Part shown: one piece after another, positions 1 to 9,163 of the stretch
How the letters are laid out: each line of letters starts with the position of its first letter
Numbering within the stretch: position 1 is the stretch's first letter
DNA from: an uncultured Atopobium sp.
GTDB lineage: Bacteria > Actinomycetota > Coriobacteriia > Coriobacteriales > Atopobiaceae
NCBI GenBank assembly: GCA_916720465.1
Contig: CAKARF010000001.1
Location: forward strand, 1 to 40,640
Direction of reading: 5' to 3'
DNA length: 40,640 nucleotides
Program-made: the position numbers and the translations under genes
The notes under the pieces: generated by a model
Databases searched by the model: none
Told to the model about the DNA's origin: nothing
Seen by the model: only the letters and a program-made list of their open reading frames with translations

Positions 1-79
1 ACGGGTTTGACGGGTTTGACGGGTTTGACGGGTTTGACGGGTTTGACGGGTTTGACGGGTTTGATGGACCTGACGGTTT
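1..79. repeat. 9-bp tandem repeat (ACGGGTTTG)x7 plus degenerate units; runs off the window start
   Basis: Seven exact copies at 1-63, then ATGGACCTG and ACGGTTT(TG). Confidence 0.95.
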
Positions 80-92
80 TGCTGAGCCACAC

Positions 93-128
93 AAAAACAG
101 GCTCCTGGTTTACCAGGAGCCTGTTTTT
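93..128. terminator. Bidirectional intrinsic terminator downstream of the adhesin ORF
   Basis: AAAAACAGGCTCCTGGT-tt-ACCAGGAGCCTGTTTTT perfect inverted repeat with A/T tracts at both ends. Confidence 0.85.
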
Positions 129-159
129 TAGCTATCAGAGAGCTTGGAAAGCCCAGCTA

Positions 160-1263
160 TTAGCTGTTCTTCCTTCTAAGAGCGATGCCAAGACCACTCA
201 GGGACAGAGCTGCAGCTCCAACGATTGAAGCAATACCCGAAGCGTCGCCTGTGTAAGGAAGGCCTGGCTTCTTAGGCTCTGGAGTAGTAGGAGGCGTGGT
301 TGGAGGAACAACAGGAGCAGTGTTGGTCACTGTGAAACCGTCATCCTGATTACCAGTAATCTGAGTTGTGTAACCAGAGATAGGAGTCTCAGAGATGGTG
401 TAAGCATACTCGTGACCATCAGTCTTGTCGTAGAACTCTAGGTTGCTGAAGGTGTGCTTCCAGTCGTCAGCCTTGGTAATGGTTACCCTATCAACCTCAA
501 CACCATCACGATACAGAACAATCTCAGCAGAATCGCCTTCCTGGTTCTCCCAAACCTTGGTGACAGGAATGTCGCGAGTCTTCATGTTGGTGTTGGTTAC
601 CACGTAGTTGGTAGCGTCGCCAGTGATCTGAGAGGTGTAGCCATCAACAGCGTCCTCAGTAACGGTGTAGTTGATCAGCACACCATTGTTGTACTGGTTA
701 AGGTTGTTGAAGGTGTGCTGCCAGTTGTCAGCAGCGGTCAGAGTTGCACTCTCCACCTCAACACCATCAGCAAGCAGGTGAATAGTTACGCTATCAGCAG
801 GTGCACCAATCCACTTCTTTGTTACTGGAACAGAAACCTTGCCTTCGATGGTATTGGTAACCGTGAGCTCAGTAGCTGAAGAACCAGAGTAAGAGGTGGT
901 GTAGTGAGCAATTGGGTCTTCCTTAACGGTGTACTCAATCTCGTGACCAGCGGTGTAACGTGGTAGGCCGTTGAAGATGTGAGACCAATTGTTACCTGCA
1001 TTCAGGTCAAACTCATCCACCTGAGTGCCATCAGCATAGAGCCTGACGTGGACACTAGCAGGACGCAGACCCTGAGCATTCTCGTTGTCAACCCAAACCT
1101 TCTTAACTGGGATGCTTAAAGCCTCAGGAGCGTGCTGGTTTGTAATCTCATAGCCGTTGATGCTGGTGGTGTAGTCAGGTACTGCGTCCTCAGAAACGGT
1201 GTAGGTAATCTCTGTGTTGCCATTGGACTTTATTTCAATCTTGGACAAAGACTTTGAAATCAC
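160..1263 (-). pseudogene. 5'-truncated CnaB-repeat, sortase-anchored surface protein/adhesin
   Basis: Three complete CnaB-type repeats (V-x-K-x-W...W-x-H-x-F-x-x-L...Y-T-V/I-x-E), Pro/Thr linker, LPYTG, hydrophobic helix and RRKNS tail. The ORF starts inside a fourth repeat and has no signal peptide. Confidence 0.7.
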
Positions 1264-1376
1264 ACTATATTGCGCACAATTAATGCTACTAAGTGCGTAG
1301 ATTTAACTTCATTTACGCTAGCGAGAAAAACGTGTACACCACGCCATTTTGTTTTCCATTTCCTACATACTCCTTC

Positions 1377-1409
1377 AAAAAAATTGGCTGGCGTATACGC
1401 GTCAGCCAA
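1377..1409 (-). terminator. Minus-strand terminator-like hairpin upstream of the truncated adhesin
   Basis: Minus strand reads TTGGCTGACGCGTATACGCCAGCCAA followed by T7. Confidence 0.55.
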
Positions 1410-1693
1410 AAATCAATCATCGGTCAGTGCTTTCTCCAAAAATGATACTGGAATGAGTACATATCAACAATAAACAGACATCCCTATGAATAAATAATCA
1501 AATTAACCCCACAGTTTTCTTCACGTTTGAAGCTAGGAGCAGTCTTCAGCGAACAACTAAAGCTGTTGGGTTTCTCACCAGAAATGTTGTCAATACAACA
1601 AACAAATGCAATAAACAAACGTAAAATAGAATTACTACTAAGCAATCTGCAGGTAAAATTAAACAAACTGCTGTTGGACACTATGGGAGAGTC

Positions 1694-2692
1694 GTGCCAG
1701 AACGAGCCTACATTTCCAGATCAACTCACCTGATGGGCGCGACTATCACCATCTCTTTATTGCCACCTTCCAATGATGCGCAGGCAGAACACACCGCAGA
1801 GCAGCTACAAAACTCGAAGGCAAACTGCCTTGCAGAACAGCTACTTGATCAAGTCTTTAAGCTTCTAAACGTCTACAACCAGCGGTTTAGCGCAAACGAC
1901 ACCAATTCCAAGCTTATGCAGGTCAATCACGCAGCAGGCAAACATCCTGTTTCCGTTGACCCCGAGCTGTTTGAGCTCATTCAGATTGGCAAGGAACAAA
2001 GCCTTCTACCTGCAAGTCATTTAAATATTGCCATTGGTCCTCTGGTACAAACTTGGCGAATCGGCTTTGCAGACGCTCGCATTCCAAATAACGCTGAGGT
2101 CGCGCACGCGTTGTCGCTTACCGATCCACAGCTCATTGCATTAGACCCCGTGAGCTGCACCGTGTTTCTCGCCAAAGAGGGTATGAAGCTGGACCTGGGG
2201 TGCCTAGCAAAAGGCTACATCGCCGACAAAATTGCAGATTATCTGAAAAGTCAGCACGTTACTTCCGCTCTCATCAACCTTGGCGGTAACATTAAGACAA
2301 TTGGCGACAATGTGCTCGCGGACAGACCGTGGCAGATTGGCATCCAGGATCCGCGACAACCACGAGGCACCAACCTTGCTGTGCTGCCTATTTGCAACCA
2401 GTCCGTGGTGACCTCCGGTACCTACGAAAGGAAACTGCAGGTAAACGGGCACACCTATCACCACATTCTTGACCGCGAGACCGGCTATCCAGTTGACACG
2501 CAACTTGCGAGCATCACGATTATCTCGGACAACTCGCTTGACGGAGAAATTTGGACCACGCGGCTTTATGGCGAGAAGCCCCGTCAGCTCCTTGCCCGTG
2601 TAGAACAAGAAAAAGGTATCGAAGCGCTCATAGTAACTACTGATAATCGCGTATATTATTCGTCGGGGATCTCGCTTGAGCTCCTTGCGTAA
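1694..2692 (+). CDS. apbE: FAD:protein FMN transferase (ApbE family), no signal peptide
   Basis: Motifs LMGATITI, NIAIGPLVQTW, LDLGCLAKGY, INLGGNI, VTSGTYER, YHHILD..TGYP; GTG start after GGGAGAG. Confidence 0.92.
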   Translation: MPERAYISRSTHLMGATITISLLPPSNDAQAEHTAEQLQNSKANCLAEQLLDQVFKLLNVYNQRFSANDTNSKLMQVNHAAGKHPVSVDPELFELIQIGKEQSLLPASHLNIAIGPLVQTWRIGFADARIPNNAEVAHALSLTDPQLIALDPVSCTVFLAKEGMKLDLGCLAKGYIADKIADYLKSQHVTSALINLGGNIKTIGDNVLADRPWQIGIQDPRQPRGTNLAVLPICNQSVVTSGTYERKLQVNGHTYHHILDRETGYPVDTQLASITIISDNSLDGEIWTTRLYGEKPRQLLARVEQEKGIEALIVTTDNRVYYSSGISLELLA

Positions 2693-2709
2693 TTCAGAAA
2701 GGAAGTTTG

Positions 2710-3318
2710 ATGCTTAACTTTGTTGGCCTCATTGGCACCAATTCAAAAGAGTCAAATAACCGAAGACTCCTGCAGTTTATGCAGAAGCATTTTGCCGACA
2801 AGGCCACCATTGAGCTGGTGGAGATCGACAACATTCCCCTGTTCAACAAGCCCGCAAAGATGACGGTCCCCGAGGTTGTTTCCGAGCTTGCCAAGAAAAT
2901 TGAGGCCGCCGACGGTGTCATCATTGCAACTCCAGAGTACGACCACTCCATTCCAGCCGTCCTGCAAAACGCGCTTGCTTGGCTGTCCTACGGCATATTC
3001 CCTATGGTCAACAAGCCAGTCATGATTGTCGGCGCATCCCTGGGCACGCTTGGATCTTCTCGCGCACAGCTTCAGCTCCGCCAAATTCTGGACGCTCCCG
3101 AGCTCAAAGCCGCAATCATGCCAGGCTCCGAGTTTCTTCTTGGTCGCGCCGCACAGGCCTTTGACGAGAAGGGCAGCTTAAAGGACAAGGCTACCGTCAA
3201 GAAGCTTGACCTGCTCTTTGACGATTTCCGTCTGTTTGTGAAACTCAACGAAAAAATGGCCGCATCGCGCGAACTTCTCCGCAAAGAGGCCGAGAACTTT
3301 GACTGGGAAAACCTGTAG
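2710..3318 (+). CDS. NADPH-dependent FMN reductase
   Basis: GLIGTNSKESNNR, ATPEYDHSIPAVLQNAL, GTLGSSRAQLQLRQIL; RBS GAAAGGAAG before ATG 2710. Confidence 0.9.
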   Translation: MLNFVGLIGTNSKESNNRRLLQFMQKHFADKATIELVEIDNIPLFNKPAKMTVPEVVSELAKKIEAADGVIIATPEYDHSIPAVLQNALAWLSYGIFPMVNKPVMIVGASLGTLGSSRAQLQLRQILDAPELKAAIMPGSEFLLGRAAQAFDEKGSLKDKATVKKLDLLFDDFRLFVKLNEKMAASRELLRKEAENFDWENL

Positions 3319-3338
3319 GCCTGGAAGGAACTACTACT

Positions 3339-4550
3339 ATGAAATTTGTCGGAATCGTCGGTTCAAATGCGGAGATTTCCTATAACCGAAAGCTTCTGCA
3401 CTTCATCAAAAAGCACTTTGCCAAGCAGTTTGAGCTTGAGATCCTTGAGATCGACAACATCCCTCTGTTCAACCAGGACCTTAAGTGGGATGAAAATTTC
3501 CAGCTCCGCCTGCTGTACAACAAGATTACCAGAGCTGACGGCGTCATTATTTCTACACCGGAACACAACCATACCATCTCACCTGCGCTGAAGAGCGTTA
3601 TCGAATGGCTTTCTTACGATGTACATCCATTTGAGGACAAGCCTGTCATGATCGTCGGAGCTTCTTACTACGACCAAGGAACTTCTCGCGCACAAGTTCA
3701 TTTACGCAAGATTTTAGATGCTCCAGGCGTAAACGCATACGTCTTGCCTGGTAACGAATTCCTTCTTGGAAAGGCTAAACAGGCTTTTGATGAAGATGGC
3801 AACATTATCGACGAGCGCACTGTTAGCTTCCTGGGCTTTTGCTTGAATAACTTTGTTAAATACGTAGAGGTGGTCTCCAAATTGAAGAAACCAAAGCCAA
3901 TTGCGCCAGAGGATCTGGACGTGACCAACTCAATTTCCACCACTATCCAAGGTATTGATCCCGACGATCCTGATTGGGTCGAGAAGGCCGCTGAGCTTGT
4001 GGGTGCAGTTTCAGGCGACACATACGTAAAACTTGACCACGGCATTTTGACAGTCAACCAAATTGATATGTTCTTGAAAGCAATGCCATTTGAGCTGACC
4101 TACGCAGATGACAACAATCAATTCCTTTACTACAACAACGTTCACGACAATCCAGATACCATGCTGGCAAAACGCGTACCTGAACAGTCAGGCAACCGTT
4201 TGTCCACAGTTCACAACTCTCTTCCCGAGGGTCGTATGAAGAACGTTGAGTTTGTCATTGGCGTACTTCGTAACGGCGACAAAGAGTACGTACGCACCAT
4301 TGTCCCAGGTACGCCGGCCGACATCATCAACACCCACAACTACCAGGCAATGTACTATCCTGACGGTTCGTATGCAGGCATCAACGAGATTGTCTTTAAC
4401 TTCAAGCCATGGCTGGATTGGTACTTGCAAACCACAGGTCAGCGTCTTGTCGGCGGTACTGGAATGCCCATGCCTCCTACAGGAGCACCAAGTGGTAATG
4501 TAGATGGATCAAACTCAAGCGTTGATGCAATCTCTGGAGCAAGCGCCTAA
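3339..4550 (+). CDS. NAD(P)H-dependent FMN reductase fused to a PAS-like domain, with C-terminal flavinylation motif
   Basis: N-terminal FMN_red motifs (STPEHNHTISPALKS, QGTSRAQVHLRKIL); PAS-like segment (MPFELTYADDNNQFLYYN); ends VDAISGASA. Confidence 0.85.
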   Translation: MKFVGIVGSNAEISYNRKLLHFIKKHFAKQFELEILEIDNIPLFNQDLKWDENFQLRLLYNKITRADGVIISTPEHNHTISPALKSVIEWLSYDVHPFEDKPVMIVGASYYDQGTSRAQVHLRKILDAPGVNAYVLPGNEFLLGKAKQAFDEDGNIIDERTVSFLGFCLNNFVKYVEVVSKLKKPKPIAPEDLDVTNSISTTIQGIDPDDPDWVEKAAELVGAVSGDTYVKLDHGILTVNQIDMFLKAMPFELTYADDNNQFLYYNNVHDNPDTMLAKRVPEQSGNRLSTVHNSLPEGRMKNVEFVIGVLRNGDKEYVRTIVPGTPADIINTHNYQAMYYPDGSYAGINEIVFNFKPWLDWYLQTTGQRLVGGTGMPMPPTGAPSGNVDGSNSSVDAISGASA

Positions 4551-4582
4551 CTTATTGAAAACTTTACATAAGAGTACTTATG

Positions 4583-4618
4583 CAAACTCCCCAACAAACT
4601 TATTTGTTGGGGAGTTTG
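4583..4618. terminator. Terminator hairpin between convergent operons
   Basis: CAAACTCCCCAACAAA-ctta-TTTGTTGGGGAGTTTG, 16-bp perfect stem. Confidence 0.85.
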
Positions 4619-5128
4619 TTAACCGTCAAGTATAGTGCCTCTTAAAATTCCAAGCCCATGAGGCAAGACGTCCAAAACAGCTGCAAGATTTTCTATTGCA
4701 GCTTTAGGACTTCCTGGCAAATTTATAATTAAAGTACGCTGGGCAATACCTGCTACTTCTCTTGAAAGACATGCCTTAGGTGTAATAAGTAGTGATGCCG
4801 CACGCATAGCCTCAGGAATACCCGGCACCATACGCTCGCATACTTCGGATGTAACCTCAGGAGTAATATCTCGTGGCGAGAAACCCGTCCCACCTGTGGT
4901 CACCACAAGCGCAATGTCATCTGAAATTGCCTTATGTAGCGCACGGGCAATTTGCTGACGCTCATCAGGTACAACCTCTGCATATGCATCAACTGCAAAG
5001 CCCTTCTCGCCTAAAAAAGCAACAAGTGCAGGACCGCTTGCATCTGGTCGTTCCCCACGCGAAGAACGATCACTTACAGTAATAACGCGCGCTGAGAAGG
5101 ATGTGACATCGCAAGAACTCTCTGGCAT
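4619..5128 (-). CDS. mogA: Molybdopterin adenylyltransferase (MogA/MoaB family)
   Basis: ITVSDR..D.SGP, TTGGTGFSPRDITPE, IINLPGSPKA. Confidence 0.9.
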   Translation of the reverse strand: MPESSCDVTSFSARVITVSDRSSRGERPDASGPALVAFLGEKGFAVDAYAEVVPDERQQIARALHKAISDDIALVVTTGGTGFSPRDITPEVTSEVCERMVPGIPEAMRAASLLITPKACLSREVAGIAQRTLIINLPGSPKAAIENLAAVLDVLPHGLGILRGTILDG

Positions 5129-5130
5129 AT

Positions 5131-6165
5131 TTATTCCTTTACTATGAGGCCACCTTCACCAAGGGCTACAAAATCATGCTTTGTCAGTTCAATACCAGCC
5201 GCAATACGAGGAAGCACTAAATCGAATACTGTTGTTGCGCTATACATGACACATCCCGGAAGTCCTAAGATAGGAATTTGAGAAGTAGAACTATTGGCTG
5301 CATCCAAATATCCTAAACACATCATTGCACCAGGTAGAACCGGAGCACCATAGGTAACAATATGAGCACCGGAGCGCTTGATAGCACCTGGGGTATTATC
5401 ATCTGGGTCTACGCTCATTCCACCTGTACAGACAATCATGTCTACACCCAAATGTTGTGCTTCGTGAATAGCAGCAACAAGCGCATCCATATCATCGCCA
5501 GGCTTTGCACAATGCACTGTTTCAATGCCAAAAGCTGCAAGTTTTTTCTCAACTACCGGTGTAAACTTATCTTCAATAAGTCCTTTCTGCACTTCAGACC
5601 CTGTTGCGATAAGTGCCGCAGTCTTAACGCAAAACGGTGCTACTCGCATAAGGGCTCCCTTATGCTCAACATCTGCAGCAGCTTCAGCGGCTTCAACAAC
5701 AGACGTATCCACTACCAAAGGAATAACACGAGTTCCCGCAAGAGGGGTTCCCTTCTTAACTGCAATATTGCCGCGACGAGTAGCAATCATAACCTCATCT
5801 ACTGCATTCACTGCATTAAGACGCTGGACATCAAGCTCGAAGACACCGTCAACTGCCGCAGTGATAGTGAGCTTTCCCTCATGGGGCTCTTTGGATACAA
5901 GGCAATTCTCGCCATGGCAAAGTGCTGCCATGCGATATGCCGCATCGTTTTCGTGAAGTTGGTTGTCTCCCAACTCCCACACATAAAGATGCTCTTTGCC
6001 CATGCTGAGCAATACAGGGATATCAGCCTTTTCTACTACGTGACCCTTCTTAAAGCGCACGCCCTTAAAACGAGTTCTATCGTCAGCGCTCTCGCCAGGA
6101 ATGATCTGAGTCATATCGTGACACAGTACATGTCCTACTGCATCTTCTGTTCTAATTTGTTTCAT
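5131..6165 (-). CDS. Short MoeA-like molybdopterin-binding protein
   Basis: Start reassigned to MKQIRTEDAVGHVLCHDMT; motifs TGGMSVDPDDNTP, GAPVLPGAM, GLPGC, GEGGL. Confidence 0.8.
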   Translation of the reverse strand: MKQIRTEDAVGHVLCHDMTQIIPGESADDRTRFKGVRFKKGHVVEKADIPVLLSMGKEHLYVWELGDNQLHENDAAYRMAALCHGENCLVSKEPHEGKLTITAAVDGVFELDVQRLNAVNAVDEVMIATRRGNIAVKKGTPLAGTRVIPLVVDTSVVEAAEAAADVEHKGALMRVAPFCVKTAALIATGSEVQKGLIEDKFTPVVEKKLAAFGIETVHCAKPGDDMDALVAAIHEAQHLGVDMIVCTGGMSVDPDDNTPGAIKRSGAHIVTYGAPVLPGAMMCLGYLDAANSSTSQIPILGLPGCVMYSATTVFDLVLPRIAAGIELTKHDFVALGEGGLIVKE

Positions 6166-6640
6166 GCAAGAGCTCCTTTGCATCCACCACACGAATACTA
6201 TCTCCAGGTTTGATAGTACCTCCACGTAAAACCACGGTAAAAATACCATCAGTAGGCATTACGCAGGTACCAACCAGTTTGCGAATTTCACAATCGTGAT
6301 GACATACTTTTCCAATCTGAGTTACCCCAAGAAGAGTATCTCCTATTGCAAGTACCGTACCAACAGGAAGCTCGCGCAGCGCAAGACCAGAAGTTAGTAT
6401 ATTTTCTGCAAAATCTCCTGGATGTAACTGTGCGCCCTTCTTGCGCATAATGTCAACGGACTCATTACCAAGAAGGCTCACCTGACGATGCCAATTTCCA
6501 GCATGGGCATCACCTTTGATGCCTTCTCCTACGCATACTTCAATAGAATCAACAGGTACTTTTCGTGTGCCTTTTTTCACGCTAATACAACAAGACAGTA
6601 CCGTGCCTCTTTTAGCAGATTCAGTCACTCCAACACTCAT
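6152..6640 (-). CDS. MOSC-domain protein
   Basis: GDAHAGNWHRQVSLL, PGDFAENI, TQIGKVCHHDCEI...CVMPTDGIF. Confidence 0.88.
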   Translation of the reverse strand: MSVGVTESAKRGTVLSCCISVKKGTRKVPVDSIEVCVGEGIKGDAHAGNWHRQVSLLGNESVDIMRKKGAQLHPGDFAENILTSGLALRELPVGTVLAIGDTLLGVTQIGKVCHHDCEIRKLVGTCVMPTDGIFTVVLRGGTIKPGDSIRVVDAKELLHETN

Positions 6641-7116
6641 TTATTCTGTTCCTCTCGCACAAAATGACCTGATGCTCCTCCGTCTTTCTCAAGCAAGCAA
6701 ATCTGGTCAATAACCATATCCCTCTGATGTGCTTTACACATGTCATAGATAGTCAAACACGCCGTAGATGCTGCTGTCAGCGCTTCCATCTCTACCCCAG
6801 TTTCTCCGGTGCATCGACAACATGCCTCTACCGCAATACCGTCGTCCTCAAATGCAAATGAAATATCTACTCCGGTAAGCTGGATAGGATGACACATGGG
6901 AATGATTTCCCAAGTTCGCTTTGCCGCCATAATGCCTGCAACTTGCGCCACAGAAAGGACATCACCTTTTTGTATACCACCTGTGTGAACGAGCTCAAGC
7001 GTATCGCGGCGCATAAAAATCTTACCTTTTGCGCGGGCGGTACGCGCTGTTTTATCCTTTGCAGACACATCAACCATATGCGCATGACCTTGCGAATTAA
7101 AATGTGTAAACGCCAT
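6637..7116 (-). CDS. moaC: Cyclic pyranopterin monophosphate synthase
   Basis: FTHF..G.AHMVDVS.K, KGDVL, IPMCHP, TGVEMEALT, YDMCKA. Confidence 0.97.
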   Translation of the reverse strand: MAFTHFNSQGHAHMVDVSAKDKTARTARAKGKIFMRRDTLELVHTGGIQKGDVLSVAQVAGIMAAKRTWEIIPMCHPIQLTGVDISFAFEDDGIAVEACCRCTGETGVEMEALTAASTACLTIYDMCKAHQRDMVIDQICLLEKDGGASGHFVREEQNK

Positions 7117-7117
7117 G

Positions 7118-8065
7118 CTAACCCCCTATTTTATTCATCGCTCGAAGCGACTCGCTTGCATGAGAAAGACTCATGATATGACCTTCAGGCTTTTGAGAAA
7201 TACCTTGACGCAAAACTTGCACAAGTTCATCTCCCACAAGTCCCCTAAGCGGAATTTCTCGTGCAGAATGCAGACACGGTTTTAACATACCATCTGCAGT
7301 TACGCGGATTCTGTCGCAAGAGCTACAAAATGTATGCGTCATTGGGCGGATAAGCCCTACACGTCCCCGCCATCCCGGTGCCTGAAAGAGCTCTGTTACG
7401 CCATTAGAGCCAACAGCTTCAAGTTCAGGCAATACTTTTAATACGCAATCAGCACTTACAAAACGTTCAGCTGGCCATTTTGAGCATTCACCCATACGCA
7501 TCAGCTCAATAAAACGCACATCAACAGGTTCACTTTTAGCTCGCTCTGCAAGAGGACGAATCTCAGATTCATTCAGTCCTCCTAAAAGTACGGTATTGAA
7601 CTTTATATGGATAAACCCTGCTTCTCTTGCTGCCTCAATACCGGCTAGCGCATCATCAAGTGTCCCCGTACGACTGAGTTTTGTATACAGTTCAGAATCA
7701 AGTGTATCAAGAGAAATATTGAGACGAGAAAGCCCTGCTTCTTTAAGATCTTTTGCAAGAGGTGCAAGTAACGTAGCGTTGGTAGTCATAACTACCTCTT
7801 CAATACCCTCAACAGCAGAAACCATACGTACGAGATCTACAATACCGCGACGTGCTAATGGCTCTCCACCTGTAAGACGAACCTTTCTTACTCCCAACTG
7901 CGCAAATGCTTCAACAATAGCGCGCATCTCTTCAAACGAAAGTATATCTTCATGTCGAAGCATAGAGACACCGTGTGCCGGCATGCAATACAAACAACGA
8001 CAATTACAGCGGTCGGTTACTGAAAGTCTCAAATAACGAATGTTTCGACCCAACTCATCATACAT
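7118..8065 (-). CDS. moaA: GTP 3',8-cyclase (radical SAM)
   Basis: YLRLSVTDRCNCRCLYCMP, TGGEP, FCSSCDRIRVTADG.LKPCL, C-terminal IGG. Confidence 0.97.
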   Translation of the reverse strand: MYDELGRNIRYLRLSVTDRCNCRCLYCMPAHGVSMLRHEDILSFEEMRAIVEAFAQLGVRKVRLTGGEPLARRGIVDLVRMVSAVEGIEEVVMTTNATLLAPLAKDLKEAGLSRLNISLDTLDSELYTKLSRTGTLDDALAGIEAAREAGFIHIKFNTVLLGGLNESEIRPLAERAKSEPVDVRFIELMRMGECSKWPAERFVSADCVLKVLPELEAVGSNGVTELFQAPGWRGRVGLIRPMTHTFCSSCDRIRVTADGMLKPCLHSAREIPLRGLVGDELVQVLRQGISQKPEGHIMSLSHASESLRAMNKIGG

Positions 8066-9161
8066 ACAGTGACTTCTTTTCTCCCACTACGCTGCACTTT
8101 TCTTCACCATCACAAAGTGGCATGACATATTCTGGAGCAACGTAAAGCAAAACCTGGCGAGGCTCACCTAAACGTGCCCACGACTCTTTGGAGCATTCAT
8201 AACGAAGCAGTGACCCTCCCGGTGTTTGAGCCATCACAATAGTTGAAAACGTATTATCAATCACGCGATTCACCTGACAATGAATAATATTTTTGTATTC
8301 ACTTGCACAGTCCACTACCTGAAAATAATGTGCACGAATTCCTACGTATTTCACCTGTTCATCTACTGGCAAAGCGGTTGTAAGACTTAAGCCCCATTCA
8401 TCACAAAACAAGCTCTTCTCGCCCACCTTATGTGCACGAGAAATATTCTTACATCCTGAAATTCGTGCCGCAGCAAGCGTAGTCGGTGTCGAGAAAAGCT
8501 CCTGCACTGAAACTTTATCATCAGAGTTTCCGTGATTAATAACACACACGGAATCACACAAACGATACACCTCATCGCGATTATGAGAAACGTAAATTGC
8601 TCCTCCCGGAAACGCACGGAGAGTATCACTTAACTCCAGTTCAAGTTGCCATCGGAGATAACTATCAAGTGCCGAGAAAGGCTCATCAAGCAAAATAAGA
8701 TCAGGCTTGCTTGCAAGAATACGAGCCATGGCGCAGCGCTGTTGCTGGCCACCAGAAAGCTCATGAGGGCGACGATCAAGAAGACCATCAAGTTGTACCT
8801 TCTTAAGCTGTTCAATCGCACACGCCTCACGCTCTGCTCGTGTTTCTTCTTTAGCTCCTACCAGTACGTTTTGCATAACACTCATATGCGGAAAGAGCGC
8901 ATAATTTTGAAACAGATACCCTACGTGTCGCTCTTGCGGTGGCAAATTAATATGAGCTTCAGAATCAAACAGAACTCGATCATTGAGCACAATGCGCCCG
9001 CTATCCGGCTTTACAATGCCAGCAATACACTTGAGCGTCATTGATTTGCCGCAACCAGAAGGTCCGAGAAGCGCTAAAACTTCATTGCTCTTCTCGACAA
9101 CAAACGAAACATGTAAATCAAAACCATCTAAATGCTTGGTAATATCAACAGAAAGCGCCAT
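8058..9161 (-). CDS. modC: Molybdate ABC transporter ATP-binding protein
   Basis: Walker [27 protein letters not shown]; adjacent to modB. Confidence 0.88.
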   Translation of the reverse strand: MALSVDITKHLDGFDLHVSFVVEKSNEVLALLGPSGCGKSMTLKCIAGIVKPDSGRIVLNDRVLFDSEAHINLPPQERHVGYLFQNYALFPHMSVMQNVLVGAKEETRAEREACAIEQLKKVQLDGLLDRRPHELSGGQQQRCAMARILASKPDLILLDEPFSALDSYLRWQLELELSDTLRAFPGGAIYVSHNRDEVYRLCDSVCVINHGNSDDKVSVQELFSTPTTLAAARISGCKNISRAHKVGEKSLFCDEWGLSLTTALPVDEQVKYVGIRAHYFQVVDCASEYKNIIHCQVNRVIDNTFSTIVMAQTPGGSLLRYECSKESWARLGEPRQVLLYVAPEYVMPLCDGEEKCSVVGEKKSLYV

Positions 9162-9163
9162 AA

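Noticed and set aside
1..79. CRISPR array
   Set aside because: Contiguous 9-mers with no spacers, and no cas genes in the window.
7..228. 73-aa ORF with TGL repeats
   Set aside because: Product of the 9-bp repeat; runs through a terminator and antisense into the adhesin.
1270..1733. Small ORFs (65-68 aa) in the AT-rich intergenic region
   Set aside because: No recognisable motifs or convincing RBS, and two overlap on opposite strands.
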